NCBI GenBank assembly: GCA_044892525.1
Contig: CM097885.1
Span: forward strand, 26,412,001-26,476,000
DNA: 64,000 nucleotides
Source of the DNA: Schmidtea polychroa
Lineage: Eukaryota
Direction of reading: 5' to 3'
The notes under the pieces were generated by a model. The model was given only the letters and a program-made list of their open reading frames with translations, searched no databases and was not told the DNA's origin. Both the position numbers and the translations under genes were made by a program. This document shows positions 49,026-63,650 of the stretch, in pieces. Positions within the stretch are counted from its first letter, which is position 1, and every line of letters starts with the position of its first letter.

Positions 49026-49912
49026 CACCAAACACCACTGAGGACCATTTCCTATAATATAACAAAAAAATCAATAATCTTACATTATAGAAACATACAT
49101 ACTTACTCTGATTTCACGTTGATGTTCTCATTTAGAGTGCAGTCAGATACATTTTATACTATAGAAATCTGAAAAATGGAAGAAAAATTAAAATCTGCAC
49201 ACAAACACAAGACATACTAAAAAACACATACAAACTTTTGATTCATCGAAATGCACCGCTGAGATACATTTCTATAATAATTCTATTTTAGACAATTTTT
49301 GGATAAAATAAGATCGCTGAAAATTTTTAAAAATATATTTTTAATGAAATTTCAAGAGCAGATGAATTTTGTTCAATTTCTTTTCAATCCATATTTGCTT
49401 TCCTGAAAGAAGCTCCTCATATTGAGCTCAGAAAAAAAAATTACAAAAATTATTTTATTTTTATTATTCGGGGATTTTTCCCAAAATGTTTTAGAAAAGT
49501 ACATATTTTTGGTAATTCATTCATTTAATTATAATTAAAAACATATCTAACTCACATTTTTTCGAAAATATTCCAAAATACTTGTCATAAAATATCAAAA
49601 ATCCCTGAAAATTAATTAAAAATAATTTATAATTATAATGTTGAGTAAAAGTAAAATTTAAGAACTTGAATAATGATCTCATATCTATATGGATCAAAAT
49701 TCAAGACTTAAACTTTACTTAAAATTAAATATCTTACCTGAAAGCCATTTCTAAAATAGCTAAAATAAATTTCCAAAGAACATTCATTATTGTAAGCAAT
49801 TCAGTAAATGATAAATGTAAATTGATGAAGATGATTCACAGTAAATTGGTAAGAGAAATTGTTCTAAACGCCAACCACCACTATAGAGAATGTATCTCAG
49901 TGGTGTTTGGTG
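49026..49912. mobile_element. MITE, TA TSD (copy 2 of 3)
   Basis: TA|CACCAAACACCACTGAG ... CTCAGTGGTGTTTGGTG|TA; colinear with 14372-15264. Confidence 0.9.
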
Positions 49913-51172
49913 TAGTAGTAGAGAATGTGTAGGTGTACAATCAAAATCGGTATAAATACCGATGAAAAATTCATTTAATTTAACCAAAACCAAAACCAAA
50001 AAACCAATCAAAACCAAAACTAGTTTCAACACTACAACTTAATTAGACAGAAACAAATTCAGTTTTCTGACATTTAGTAAAAATTCGCGATTAACTCCCA
50101 GTTCTGCGGTATATGCCATCGGGGTAAGATTAAATTGGATTTAGTAATTTTATGTATTGTAAATTTATGCAATGTTATAAGAATTAAAATTTTATATACA
50201 ATTTGGCTTAGTTAATTGTTAAATTTTGTTTGTTCTTTTTATCGTTTGCTTCTAAGTTTTAATATTTAAAGTTTACATGAAAGGCCACAATCTCAGCTCG
50301 TCTGAGGGGTGGCATTGAGTCTGAGGTCTTGTGAGGGTCCCTTAGTACTTGGTTTCAAAAGGATTATAACCTAACTATTTACGCAAAATTTCAAAGCATA
50401 GTATAACATCAAGTAATGAGAAAACTCTGCAGGATCTGACAGTCATGAAACACATAAATTCATTATAAATTCACGGGTTACCATTTCCACCGAATGAGAT
50501 AAATAATGATAAGCTTTTCTTGGTTTTATGCATCTCCAATTTATTGGACTTATCAAATTGGGACTTTACCACAAGTCGGACACACGCCTTCTATTGGCAG
50601 TTCGCGAACCCACTCAAATGCTCGACGACTATAGTGTATAGAGGTACTCTCACTTTTCGCAAGCATTAACACATACAGCACGGTACCAACGTTGATCGCT
50701 CAGAGGATTGGTGACTATTTGTGACAGATCCACAAGGAGTTTGAATTGCACTTGTAAGGAGGTCCAAAATTCTGATTTAAAAATAATAGTTTAAATGTTA
50801 TAAGTGTAATCATTTAGTTGAAATAATTAGTGATGTTAAATAGGTAATTATATTTGGGACCAATAGTTACATCAATATTAATAAATGCCACGACTTAGTT
50901 GTTTAAATTTTCAAATAAAACGAGCGAATTTAAAATTATAAATAATAAATAAATGTTGGAAGAAGACTTAAATTTAATTGCACCTAACAATGTCCAATTT
51001 CACAATTGTCGTCAATATGCATTTATTCCCCTGCTCATTTCACCACACTAAAAGAACAAAACATAAAAATGATATTGAAAAACCTTATTTTATCCAGAAC
51101 ATTCCTGGTCTATTTTTAAGATATGAAGTTAGTGAACTTTCTACTCGGACAGCAAAGCCAATATACTAAGTA

Positions 51173-51615
51173 CACCTAATTCTGTTTTTACGCGAACTTT
51201 TTTTACGCGAATTTGATTTAACGCGATTCAAAAAAATTATTTCGTTCTGTTTTTACGCGATTTGATTTGATTTAACGCGGTTAAAAAATATGTTTAATGA
51301 TATATTTTTCCACTTTTTGTTTTACTAAAATGAATTTTTTGTGATTTTTTTGTTAAATAATGAATTTTTTTTGTTAAATTAGTATTTTTTCGTTTGTCGT
51401 TATTTTATTCATAAATATATATTTAAATAAATAAAAAGTGTATAAAACACGTAAAAACCATGAATTTGTATACTTTAATCACATTATTTTAGTTGATTTT
51501 GGAAATGAAGAACCAATCCTCTACTTTTATATGGACACCATATCTTTTTTTACGCGATTTATTTTTACGCGTATTTTCGGGGAACGTATCTATCGCGTAA
51601 AAACAGAATTAGGTG
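51173..51615. mobile_element. pogo/Tigger-like MITE, 443 bp, TA TSD
   Basis: TA|CACCTAATTCTGTTTTTACGCGA ... TCGCGTAAAAACAGAATTAGGTG|TA; subterminal TTTACGCG repeats. Confidence 0.88.
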
Positions 51616-52899
51616 TACTACTGTTTCATATGTATTTAAAATTGCAAGGAGAAGAAAAACCATTAAATGAAAGATATTTGACCTTCAAGATGTTGGGCTG
51701 GAACCGAGAATTGAGAGTTTGTTTTAATGAATCGGAAATACATAACATAAAACCGCACCAAGTTAAATTAAAATTCATGATCATACACCAAATAATACAA
51801 AATAAAGTACATAACACATTGAGGATAAATAAAACACGTATAAAAAGATAAAGGAACGCAAGAAGTTGCAATCACTAACACAGTTAAGAGAATAATAAAG
51901 CATTCAAAAAATCTATTAATTAGAAAAATAAAAGAATAATAAATATATTTAAAATTGAAACTAAAATATTTTCCAGTAAAACTGATAAGAATTAAAATAA
52001 AATTAGTTAAAATTATGTAAACCATGAAGTTGATAGAATTAAACGGTTGAAATTAATAAAAATAAAAATTTTTTATTAATTAAATTAATTAAATTAAAAA
52101 ATAAATAATTACACATACTCATGTATGTGTGCAAAAGAAATTCAATTCTAATGCATTCTAATTGGATATAGTAGCAGAGAATGCTTAGGCGTTCAATCAA
52201 AATCGGTATAAATACCGATGGAAAATTCATTTAATTTAACAACAACAACAGAAACAAAAACTTATTTTTAACCAAACTGCTTATGCAGATCTCAGTTTTC
52301 CGCTTTATGCCATCGTAGTAAGTTGAATTAGATTTTAGTAATTTTATGTAAAGTGTAATTTTATGTAAAGTATAATTTTGTAATGTCATGATTTAACAAA
52401 ATTTTAAATTCAATTTACTTTAGTTAAATTTTTGTTTTGTTCTTTTTTATTGTTTATTTCGATTTTTTTGAAGTTTTAGTAATGTTTAATGAATGTATTT
52501 GATTTGATTTTTATGATTTCTATGTTTTTAAAGTCTTCAGATTGAATACCTTCGTGAACCGTTGGCACTCGTGTTGATGGACAGTGGATGTTGAACAGTT
52601 TGGAGCATTGTTTTGAATACAGGTAGCTTAGGACGGGTCCGTCACCGTTATTTTGATAAATTTTATGGAGTTAGTAGCGGCGATAGAGTAGCTAAGATCG
52701 GTAAAAAGTATATAAGGTTCAGTTTGGGCAATATCATAGAATCTATGACTGGTTTGGATGTCAAATAGGTCAGAATTTGAAATATAGGCATATCCCTGCG
52801 ACAATTTTGGGAGATAACATTAGAAAGCATCTAGTAGGGAGGATCATACTTTCATGAATCAGCACCAATAATCTAAGAAAAAAATAGATAATGACATAA

Positions 52900-53150
52900 G
52901 ATCTTCTATCGGCAGTCTAGAACCCGAAAATGAAAATATCATGAGGAGTAGTTTTAGCGATAGGGCTCACCTGCTCATGGATTTTCAACCATTGTGTACA
53001 ACACCAACATGATCATCGCCATAGGTACACAGATGGTATAAAGACAATAATCATGAAGGCGTTTAGGAAATAGTCGCGGAAAGATCCATAAATACCCATA
53101 ACACATTTAAATATGACACACCCTTAAGCGACACAACAAAGAGGAAACAG
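52900..53150 (+). repeat. Copy of the conserved non-coding motif (see 17010-17260)
   Basis: tcttctatcggcagtctagaaccc...ggagtagt...gggctcacctgct...accaacatg...catgaagg.gtttagg...aacaaagaggaaac matches the 1600-1850 minus copy. Confidence 0.65.
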
Positions 53151-54489
53151 GATTATCAGCTCAGGTAACGTCATCCATAAGTCACTTGTTGGCAGAAGGA
53201 AAATCCTTTTGGGACTCCTTCATTTCTTGGGTTCAAAACAGTCAAATTTTAAAATTACGATAAAATTCCTTAAACATTGTACTTTACAATATATATTATA
53301 AACTTGCACTTTCACTTAAGAAATTTAATTCGATTGTAACAAATCACAGAAAATAAAAAATTATTTAATGAACAAAAATTAAATAACTACACATATCATT
53401 TTTAATTATATCAAAAAATTAGTTTTATTTCATGAAGTTAATTTAACGATGTATTTGTTTTATATAATTTAATCATAGATTTGACCTTAAAGAATATTCA
53501 AATTTTTAAAATCATAGTAACATGTTAGAAATACTTTTATCTTTAATTTGTATTTATAAATTATATATTAGTAAAGTTTTTTCGACAAATAAAATAATAT
53601 CTTAATACTTTAATTGACTATTTTCAATAAATTAATTTATAGATATAAATTCAATTTAAATTTTATTAATTTTTTTGAATATATATTTCTATTAGATTTA
53701 TTTTTTGATAGTATTTTCTGCCTTTTAGATTCCAATAATGATCGGATCAAAGTCGGATTTTGACATCGCCGGGTGAGTGATATTTAATTTATTGTTTTTA
53801 TAAACTATATTTAAATTTCCTATATAAAATAAAGTGAATAATAATAACTTTGTGGTAGCTTTTATAAATTATTTAAATGATTAAATAAAATGATTAAGTA
53901 TTTAAATCTCTAATATGCTAAATTATGCTAAATTAGATATAATATTTTATATTATTTAAATTTTTTTTAAATAATTTAAATTTATCTCTAATAAAATGTC
54001 TAATAATTTTCAAATAATAATTGAAATTAAATCACGCAAAACTGTTAAAATTTAATATTAGAAAAATAACTATTTAATTTTAATTTAAAATTGAAATTTG
54101 AATTCACCAATGTGAGTGATGCTGGAATTAATTAATGATATTCGTAATAATAATGTTAATATGCTAACTGAATATAATATGGAAATATAATTTATTTAAT
54201 AGGATTGAATTTGATTGGATATTTGTGTGTGTAGCCTTGACGTCCTACATGATGAAATTGCTAATTAATTTTCTAAATATATATCAACATAAAAAGAAAT
54301 TTTCTCTTTATTATTACTCAGAATTTACTTTAAAATTTCTACATTGTATGCGACTGCATTTTAATTAATTATAAAATATTTATATTTGACCAATCATAAT
54401 GCTTTATTTGTTTTTAGTTATTATAATATGTTACATAATTATTTTTTACGCTGTTATATAATGATATTAAAGAACTCAAGCCCACCTTT

Positions 54490-54745
54490 CAGTGGCGGAA
54501 CTTCTAAATTTGGGCCCCCCGCGCAATGTAAAATAATTCCACTTAAATTTTTCGGTTAAAGTTTAATACATAGTTATTCACAGCAGCCGCTATTCAATGA
54601 TAGTTTTATGTTTGTAGGCAAATATAACTGCTGGAAAAAAGTTTCAGAAAATGATTGTAAATATTTTTTTAGTAATCATTTTGGGCTCCCTATAGCTGGT
54701 GGGCCCCCGCTACGCAGGGTCCTACGTCCACTAGTTACACCACTG
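54490..54745. mobile_element. hAT MITE, 256 bp
   Basis: TIRs CAGTGGCGGAAC and GTTACACCACTG; perfect 8-bp TSD CCACCTTT. Confidence 0.9.
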
Positions 54746-56134
54746 CCACCTTTCTATTACTCGCCAAGATATAATAATAAATTACACTTTTGACCAGTTT
54801 CTATTTTTATAATTTCGATCGGTAAATCTTTTTTCAGCATATATTCCACATGCAAATGATAAAATATAATTTAAGTGTAGATTAGTTGCCTTGCTTTGGA
54901 AATGACTATGAGAAAACTAAGCCTACTACATAGAATTTCGAACGGTTTTCGTGGTTTATGTTATCATCTGTGTTATATAAATGTGCCTACAGCCTAAAAC
55001 ATTGGATTTTTGTGACATAAAGAACTTCTATGAATTAATATAGATTTTGAATCATCTTAATAAATTTTAAGCGTAAAAATTAGTAGTCGGGACTTTTATA
55101 GAGAAATATATATAAATAATATTCATATAAAGAGATGATATTTATATTTCCCCAACATAAATAAATAGAATGCGATTCTCGCCTATGAATACTAACCAGG
55201 AGTGCAGGTAGAATTATCCGCTTAATTGACGTGCGTTACTAATAGCATTTTATTGGGTAACTATCCTGTATTGCAATTGGTCAAATTTAAATCGAATTTG
55301 TGAATATATTTACCTAAAACTTAATAATTTCACAATCAATTTCTCTGAAATATCGCATTGAACTTCCCAAAGCATTTTCGATATTCAAATTTTTTATTAA
55401 ATTAAATTGTTTATTTTTCAATATTTTTATATTGTTTTACTTTCTATTTCAATGAACTGCATTTCTTTTCATTTCTAATGAATTTGCCTAGAAACAGTTT
55501 ATTTAAAATTCACAAAAGACAATTGAGATAATTGAATGAATTCCATTTAATAAATTTTGCAACGGTAATAATAAATTATTCAACATGTTTACTTACCAAG
55601 TCTGCAAATTACGGATTGATGGATATTGGTGCCCGTTTTGAGCTCTGCAGACGCAGTGAAAATGAAAATTTTCAGACTAATTTCTTGAATTAAAATGTTT
55701 GGTATTTGTTGTGTATTTTTCGTAAATTCTACTCATTGAAGCGTGACAGAATGTCGGCCAATATGTGTATAAAATAGATTTATTTCATTATATTATCATT
55801 TAACTAAGAAACCAAACCATTGAAATTGGATGTTATGTAATACATAGGCAAATAACCCATTCCTGCATTTCCCGCAGTTTCTAAAATGACCTTTTAACTA
55901 ATTACTTTGACATCGCGATTGTTCGAATTTGTACGTAAGTGAAATATTGTTGCATATGCAGCATTCTTATTATAAAGAAATTCGACTGGTGTGATGTAAG
56001 TTCAAACTAGGAGAAAGTACGGGTTAGGTATTAATTGAAATGATTTCTGTATTTTATAAATTTGGTTTGTCATTGATATCTTTTTATTAAAATTTCATAG
56101 CATAACAGAACAAGGAAACGGTAAATATTTAAAT

Positions 56135-56294
56135 CAGGGGTCTGAAACACGCGGCCCGCAACGAAAAAACAGATTTGTAATTTAACCAAACTTATTTAAC
56201 AATTAAAATCATAATTGGCTGTATAAATTAAAACTTATCTTTTTAATTATTTTTATTTATACATATGACGTTATACATATTATTATTATTATTA

Positions 56295-56353
<59 letters not shown>

Positions 56354-56522
56354 AATAATAAAAAAATGTTTTTTAGTTTTGTTGAGTTTTTAATTAAATA
56401 AATATTAACGTCGGAGTTTCAGACTCCACATGTTCTGAAAAACAATTATTAATGTTGCGGCCCGCCGGCTCATAATACTAGTCTAATGCGGCCCGCAGGC
56501 CAGTTTGAGTTTGAAACCCCTG
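56135..56522. mobile_element. SPIN-like hAT MITE, 388 bp, with internal (TAT)n
   Basis: TIRs CAGGGGTCTGAAAC and GTTTGAAACCCCTG; GCGGCCCGC subterminal motifs; perfect 8-bp TSD ATTTAAAT. Confidence 0.92.
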
Positions 56523-59500
56523 ATTTAAATAAATATAAAATTAANNNNNNNNNNNNNNNNNNNNNNNNNNNNNNNNNNNNNNNNNNNNNNNNNNNNNNNN
56601 NNNNNNNNNNNNNNNNNNNNNNNNNNNNNNNNNNNNNNNNNNNNNNNNNNNNNNNNNNNNNNNNNNNNNNNNNNNNNNNNNNNNNNNNNNNNNNNNNNNN
56701 NNNNNNNNNNNNNNNNNNNNNNNNNAATTTTGAAGTTGAATTTGATTTTGAATTTTTTATTTTTTTGATGAAATCATAAAAAATATTAAATATTAAATTG
56801 AATAGAAAATATTAAAAGAATTAAAATTTATTTGTAGTGTCACTAAAAATTAAAAATTTTTATTTCTTTGGCCTGAGAAACCAAAAATGGTTAATAATAA
56901 TATTAATAATAATATTAATAATATTAATAATATTAATAATATATTAATTGAAGATACATATTTCAAATTACAACGTAAAAATGGACGAAATATTTAATAA
57001 TGAAAATTGTTTCACTTATTAACTCATTAAATATACAATTGGAAAAGGAAGTCAATTTATAAAATAAAGTTAAAACTGTAATTATCCTTTTTGTGGTACT
57101 AAATAATTTATAATATAAATTTGTTTATACGCTAATGAATTTGAAAATATTATTTGTTTAACTAATTAAATGAAAGGACCATTAAACATTCAACTGGACC
57201 ACAAAATGGGTTACAGAGAGGTATGCTACTATTATTTTTCATGGTATTTAAAAAGTGAAGCTATTAATAAAAGAACTTTCCTAAATTTGACGAGTTATTA
57301 TCCAATATTTGACCTTTTTGCCTTTTTCCAAAACATAAAACTCAAACCATCGATCCATGAGATGTTTTCGTGAAAAAGCATAAATGTAAACATAAACGAA
57401 ATGGAATAAAATCCGATTTGAAATGGCAAAAATTTGGATACTCAAATACCCAAATTATGGATAGAAAAATTCATCTATGAGAAGAAATGATTACTGAACG
57501 AGCTACTTTATTAGCTGCTAGAAAGCAGCCATTTTCTATTTCCACTTATCAAGATCTTTTCACTATTGAAAAGGATAATAAGTTCTTCAAATAGTAATTT
57601 AATAGGATGAAATTATCTTTTGTTTTCTTTGAAATTTGAGAAAATGACAGAAAATATTATTAGATCGTTCATAAGAGCCCACTTGAATTCTTTCTTTTTA
57701 ATTTCATCTGTAGGTTGAGTGGAATAAACAACGAAACCAGTTCTTACAAATATCAAAGAAATCATAAGAGTTCGTCAAAAGTCCTCGAGCTGTGGCAAAG
57801 GATAAATCGAGACAAAATTGAAAAATTTGTTTCTCAGATTACAAACGGTTAAATCACAAATTTCATTATTTTTATTCCGATAATGGCATTNNNNNNNNNN
57901 NNNNNNNNNNNNNNNNNNNNNNNNNNNNNNNNNNNNNNNNNNNNNNNNNNNNNNNNNNNNNNNNNNNNNNNNNNNNNNNNNNNNNNNNNNNNNNNNNNNN
58001 NNNNNNNNNNNNNNNNNNNNNNNNNNNNNNNNNNNNNNNNNNNNNNNNNNNNNNNNNNNNNNNNNNNNNNNNNNNNNNNNNNNNNNNNNNNNNNNNNNNN
58101 NNNNNNNNNNNNNNNNNNNNNNNNNNNNNNNNNATTATTTACATCTCTCGAATATATTGAATGCGCCAGGGAACCCTTTAGTTAATATCGTGAATATTTA
58201 TAGTCAATTATTTATTCAAAATTCACTCAAATAATAATAACTTTTTTTTCAAGTTTTTTTATCAATTTTTTTTGTTTTTAATTATATGACACCAAGGGCT
58301 TCTACATATAGAGTATATATGATCTGTCTCTCACCTAAATGGATCGATATATCATGAATAAACTATAACCTCTAAGGTGCAAATGGTTGATAGATGACGA
58401 ATTTATTGATGTAATTTCTTATGGTACCCCATCAGAGATCAAACCCTGTGATCTTTGGAATAAGATTGGATAATCTGACAATAATCCTATAAAAAACTTT
58501 CAGAATCTCATAAAAAGTAGATATAAATCCACAGAAATCACTCGATCTGCTATCCAGTGCCATTTGCACAGTGTATTGAAGGTGCCAATGCAGATGATTT
58601 GCTATTATTATTATTTCATTGAATGCCACCAAATCAATAATTTCACAATTTATTAGATTAATTGATGAATTATTATTTCTATCTGCTGCCTATCGATTCT
58701 GTTTTCTCTATGAATTTATGCAATAAAATACCAATTATAATATTGTAGNNNNNNNNNNNNNNNNNNNNNNNNNNNNNNNNNNNNNNNNNNNNNNNNNNNN
58801 NNNNNNNNNNNNNNNNNNNNNNNNNNNNNNNNNNNNNNNNNNNNNNNNNNNNNNNNNNNNNNNNNNNNNNNNNNNNNNNNNNNNNNNNNNNNNNNNNNNN
58901 NNNNNNNNNTTTTTATAATTTATTAATTAATTTAATTTTTTCGATAAATTAAAAAACTTTTAATTTGAATAAATGGTTGAAAAATTAAATTATAATAATT
59001 ATTATTAGGAATACAATAAATTCTCAAAATTATTTGTTTATTTTTTAATACTCATCCTTTTAATACTGATTTCCTAAAGCAAAAAATGTAAAAATAGATT
59101 CTTGATGGATAAATGTTAAAAAATTTAGTAGTGAATTTTCAAACTTTGTCACAGAATTATCTAATTTTTTGAGGACGTTTTGTTTTCTAATAATGAAAGA
59201 ATAATTAATTCCTTCGTATTACAGTTTTATGAACCATAATTTCTACATATCGAATTAATATGAATAAGAATACCTTTACAACAGGGCATTTTTTATAAAT
59301 AAATAAATAAATCAAATGAATTTAGTTAAATTATCAATTATCAATTCTGCATAAAAATTTATCCCACATTCATAAATTCTTGTTCTGGCAAACGTTCCGA
59401 ATTCGTTTATCAACCCAAAGTATTACTCTTTACTTCATGATAAATAGGGTGCCACTGTAATTTATATTGTCTAATTACTAATGAATTTAGGGAGGAGTTG

Positions 59501-60035
59501 CCAACTTGATTATCTTATTCCCAAAAAATATTTTTTTTGCATAGAATTGCGAATTCTTTACATTTTATTTTTATTTTATAAATAAGGATTTTGATGGGAA
59601 ATTTGCATTTAAAAATATTAGATAATATAGTTCTATAAATAATATTGAAATAATCATTCCTAATCTGCCTTTTGTTAACTTAATGACTGTTTTGACTCTG
59701 TAGAAATTTCCCCATAAAATTAATTACCCGGGTAATCAAACAATAATATTCAAAACTTTCTAGAAGAATATTCTGTAAATTGTTCCAATCAAATATTCCC
59801 AACAATAGTTTATGTTAAGAAATTGAAATAAATAATTGAAAAAATAAATAATTTGATTATTTCTTAACAAAAAATTCTTAACAAACACTTTTATGTACAA
59901 AAGCTTTATAAAATAAAAATTAATATTTTTAAAATTTTTTCTATTAAAAATCTTGAAGACTAAGAATCAGTAAATATATCGATGTTTTGGATATTCACGA
60001 ATTTTTGGCACTGCCATTGCATATATTTTCTATTA

Positions 60036-60843
60036 CACCAGAAACCACTCAGATACGTTTCCTATAATATAAGTAAAAAATCAATAATCTTACTTTATAG
60101 AAACATACATATTTACTTTGATTTCAAGCTGATATTCTCATAGATAGTGTAATGAGATATACCTTACACTATCGAAATCTAAAAAGTAGTAGAAAAATTA
60201 AATACTGCACACAAACACAACACATACTAAAACGCATACAAACTTTCGATACATAGAAATGCGCCGCTGTGATACTTTTCTATAATAACTTAATTTTAGA
60301 CAATTTTTAGAAAAAAATGATCGCTGAAAATGTTTTAAATGTATTTTTAAAGAAACTACGTTAAATTATCATGAAAATGACAAAATATCATCGTAAGAAT
60401 TATTTTAGAATTAAAATTAAGTTAGATATTCATTAGCATTTCGGATATTTTTTTTAGAAATATTTTAGAAAATACATTTTTGGCGATTGATTTAATTATT
60501 TAATTATAATTAAAAATTGATCTGGCTTACATTATATCAAAATAATTCCAATATAATTATAAAATTCCTAAAAAACCTAAAAATTAATTAAAAATAATTT
60601 ATAATAAAAATGTTGGCTAAATATTTAAGAACTTGAATAATGATCTCATATCTACATGGATCAAAATTCAAGTCTTAAAATTTAATTAAAATTAAACATT
60701 TTACCTGAAAGCCATTTCAAAAATGGCTAAAATAAATTTCTAGAAAAATGAAATTTATTAAATTGATGAGACCAATTTAATGAGACCAATTGATATACTT
60801 ACTAACCACCAATATAGAAAATGTATCTCAGTGGTGTTTGGTG
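60036..60843. mobile_element. MITE, TA TSD (copy 3 of 3, more diverged)
   Basis: TA|CACCAGAAACCACTCAGATACG ... AATGTATCTCAGTGGTGTTTGGTG|TA. Confidence 0.85.
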
Positions 60844-61082
60844 TAAAATACATAAATGCAATTCGAGTATGCCATATTGCAATACTGAATACTTTAGCTA
60901 GATGTAGTGTGCATTTTATTATTATTTAGTTATTGTCAAAAATTTCACGTTAATGCATGCATTTCCTAGTCACTGTATACTCTAACTGTAACATATATTA
61001 AAAAATTAATATTTTATAATTTCACAGTACATTAAAAGCTTAATAACGTTAGTTGTAAAAGAAAACCAAAAGATTCCCTTAA

Positions 61083-61500
61083 AATGACACCTAGTGAAGA
61101 AAATATAACTACTCGGAAGAAACATGAAGATGTGTCAGAAAGGATATCTTACAAATAAAAATGATGAAGAAAAATAAAAAGAAAGTAAAAGATATTGCAA
61201 AGGCTGTACTGCTTGCAAGTTCTACAGTTTATAATATTCCTGCAAAAATTGGAAATTAATGACGGCGGTATTAGGGCAGTAGTAGAATCATTTAATAAAC
61301 CAGGAAGAAAAGCTATTAATAACGTAAGCTTTCTTCAAGGTGTAGAAGAGGCTATTAAAAACGACTCATGCGTAACAAAAAATGGAGTTATTGAAATGGT
61401 TCAAAACGAAGGAATTTCAATTAGCAGCTCAAGTGTTTGTCTTACATTAAAAGAACGTAAATTATCATGAAAATCGATAAAGAAAGTTTCTAATAAAACA
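61083..61500 (+). pseudogene. IS630/Tc1-like transposase N-terminal HTH region, decayed
   Basis: KDIAKAVLLASSTVYNI, then ...KNDSCVTKNGVIEMVQNEGISISSSSVCLTLKERKLS*KSIKKV. Confidence 0.55.
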
Positions 61501-62116
61501 CTTTTTTGGTGAAATTAAGAACTATTATACAAGGTAAATTACATTTTAATTACATTTTAAAACAATAAAATGATAATTTAAGCCTTTTGCTGCAAATAAT
61601 GTATTTAAGGAAAAAATTTTCGACCATAAGATATTCCTTGTCAATCTCCTGGAATTTAGCAATGTTATTTCCAAAAACACCTTTCAATCTTTCTTTTATT
61701 TCCTTTCTCTTAATTCTCATTGGTTGTAAATATAATGAATTTTTTTATTAAAAACTTTTAAAGTTTTACTGAAAATTAAAATTAAAAATAAAATAAAATA
61801 AATATCATTTAAAATTCCAAAATGACACAAACTAAAAATTTTTAAATTTTTTTTATACAGCTTCTATAATTAGCTTCTAGAAGCCTAATAAAATATTTCA
61901 AAATATTCTAAATAAAGCCTCCAATAACCACTTTTATATGCTATTTAAATATTTCAATAAATGTGTCAATTTCGATTTTCAAATCCTATTTTTTAAAATT
62001 TTCTATATTATTTTAATTACTACTTTTTAATTTATTATATATTTTTAAATTTCTTTATATATTGTCAGTTATTCTCAAGGTCAATGACAACAGATCAAAT
62101 TCATGATTTCATTGAT

Positions 62117-62930
62117 TTATTCTTTAGTGTTGATCTTTGGCTGTCTGTTTATGATGAGAATTGCTTCTTTGAATCTGACATTTTTCTTTTGGATGTTTCC
62201 ATTAGCTATGATTTCTATTGAAATATTTTTTCTTTCCTCTGTTGGCTGACACTGCTGGAGATGTCTGCCCAACGAGGATGTTCCACCAGGAACTAGATGT
62301 TCTTTAACTATTTGGTGCAAGGTCCTGAGTGTAGATTTCAATGCATACATTGCACGTGATGCAATAGACGATGTTTTTTCTAAAGCACATATCTTTCGGT
62401 GTCTGGCAGTTTTTCATTGTGCAATTGTTTTCTCTATTTATGTTACCTGCCAGAGCCCTTCTCAATGTCCAAGATTTATGTGCTATATGAATTGGAAGAC
62501 CGGTACGTTTAAGTTCTTTCAGGATCTTGAAGTCGAGTATGTCACTGATGAATGGGATATTCAGAGAGAAATATTTCTGATTCTTTTGTGTTAATTCCCT
62601 AGATCTTCTTGGGGTAGAATTCATTCTTTCAATGTCCTCACCTTGGTATCCGTTTCGGCGTAGGATTTTATTGAAATTTGATTGTTCTTTAAAGTTTTCG
62701 TTTTTTTCCGTGCATCGATTGGCTATTCTTCGTTTCTCGTTTCTTATGACATGTACTTTCTGTAAGTATGGAAGCGCTGATCTTTGGTGCATAAATATTT
62801 CTTTGCTAGCTGGTTTTCTGTAGAACCCGTATGTTGGAGTATTTTCTTCTATTTTAATTGTAAATCCAATAAATTGATCTATCTTCTTCCGGATATTCGA
62901 TTTCGAACTTAATATCTCGGTGAGTCGCAT
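62117..62930 (-). mobile_element. Penelope-like retroelement fragment: RT C-terminus plus GIY-YIG endonuclease (frameshift near 62340)
   Basis: FIGFTI...FYRKP...LRRNGY...IPFI...C..KNIVYCITCNVC then KEHL...LGRHL...KEAILI...PKIN. Confidence 0.85.
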
Positions 62931-63058
62931 TGAATGTTTCCTTCGCTTCTTTTCTGCTTTTGGTCGTGATTATTATAATATTATAATATTATAATATAAT
63001 TCGTGAGTATCAACAAACATCGATATATTACTGATTTATAGTCTTCAAACTCTCTTTT

Positions 63059-63083
63059 TAATAATAATAATAATAATAATAAT

Positions 63084-63142
<59 letters not shown>
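63059..63142 (+). repeat. (AAT)n microsatellite; similar tracts at 8165-8210, 9456-9745 and 56279-56350
   Basis: Directly visible; explains the poly-Leu ORF 62981-63400. Confidence 0.95.
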
Positions 63143-63145
<3 letters not shown>

Positions 63146-63379
63146 AATAAAATGATAATTTAAGCCTTTTGCTGCAANNNNNNNNNNNNNNNNNNNNNNN
63201 NNNNNNNNNNNNNNNNNNNNNNNNNNNNNNNNNNNNNNNNNNNNNNNNNNNNNNNNNNNNNNNNNNNNNNNNNNNNNNNNNNNNNNNNNNNNNNNNNNNN
63301 NNNNNNNNNNNNNNNNNNNNNNNNNNNNNNNNNNNNNNNNNNNNNNNNNNNNNNNNNNNNNNNNNNNNNNNNNNNNNNN

Positions 63380-63650
63380 TAACATGACTTTTTGATTCAT
63401 TTAATGGCGAAATGTTTCTGACGTCTTTGGAGGAATCATAACAAATATAAGACTAGAGAAGTAATAAATTGTAATGGGTTCCATCTAACATTTTTATCCC
63501 CAAATAGTCATCAATTAAACAAATTCAGGGGTTTTTGATATTAAAGAACAGATATTATAATAGAAGACCAAAAGTTAATTCTTCTGAGGGAATAATATTC
63601 CATGCTCGTAGAGTCGTAGAGAGTATGATTAATGGATTTATATTTACATT
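63380..63650 (+). pseudogene. IS630/Tc1-like transposase C-terminal remnant
   Basis: REVINCNGFHLTFLSPNSHQLN resembles FLPPYSPQLN. Confidence 0.45.

Larger units (their letters stand above)
46300..52480 (+). repeat. Local duplication: 46300-46800 plus 49913-50260 (split by hAT and MITE) is paralogous to 51690-52480
   Basis: ttgggctg.aaccgagaattgagagtttgttttaatg, actcatgtatgtgtgcaaaagaaattcaattcta and caatcaaaatcggtataaataccgatg shared in the same order. Confidence 0.8.

Noticed and set aside
53729-53772. Isolated AG...GT-bounded 44-nt exon candidate (IPIMIGSKSDFDIAG)
   Set aside because: No partner exons could be linked; product not identifiable
55340-59500. Scattered exon-like patches between gaps
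   Set aside because: No consistent spliced ORF or protein motif could be assembled by eye
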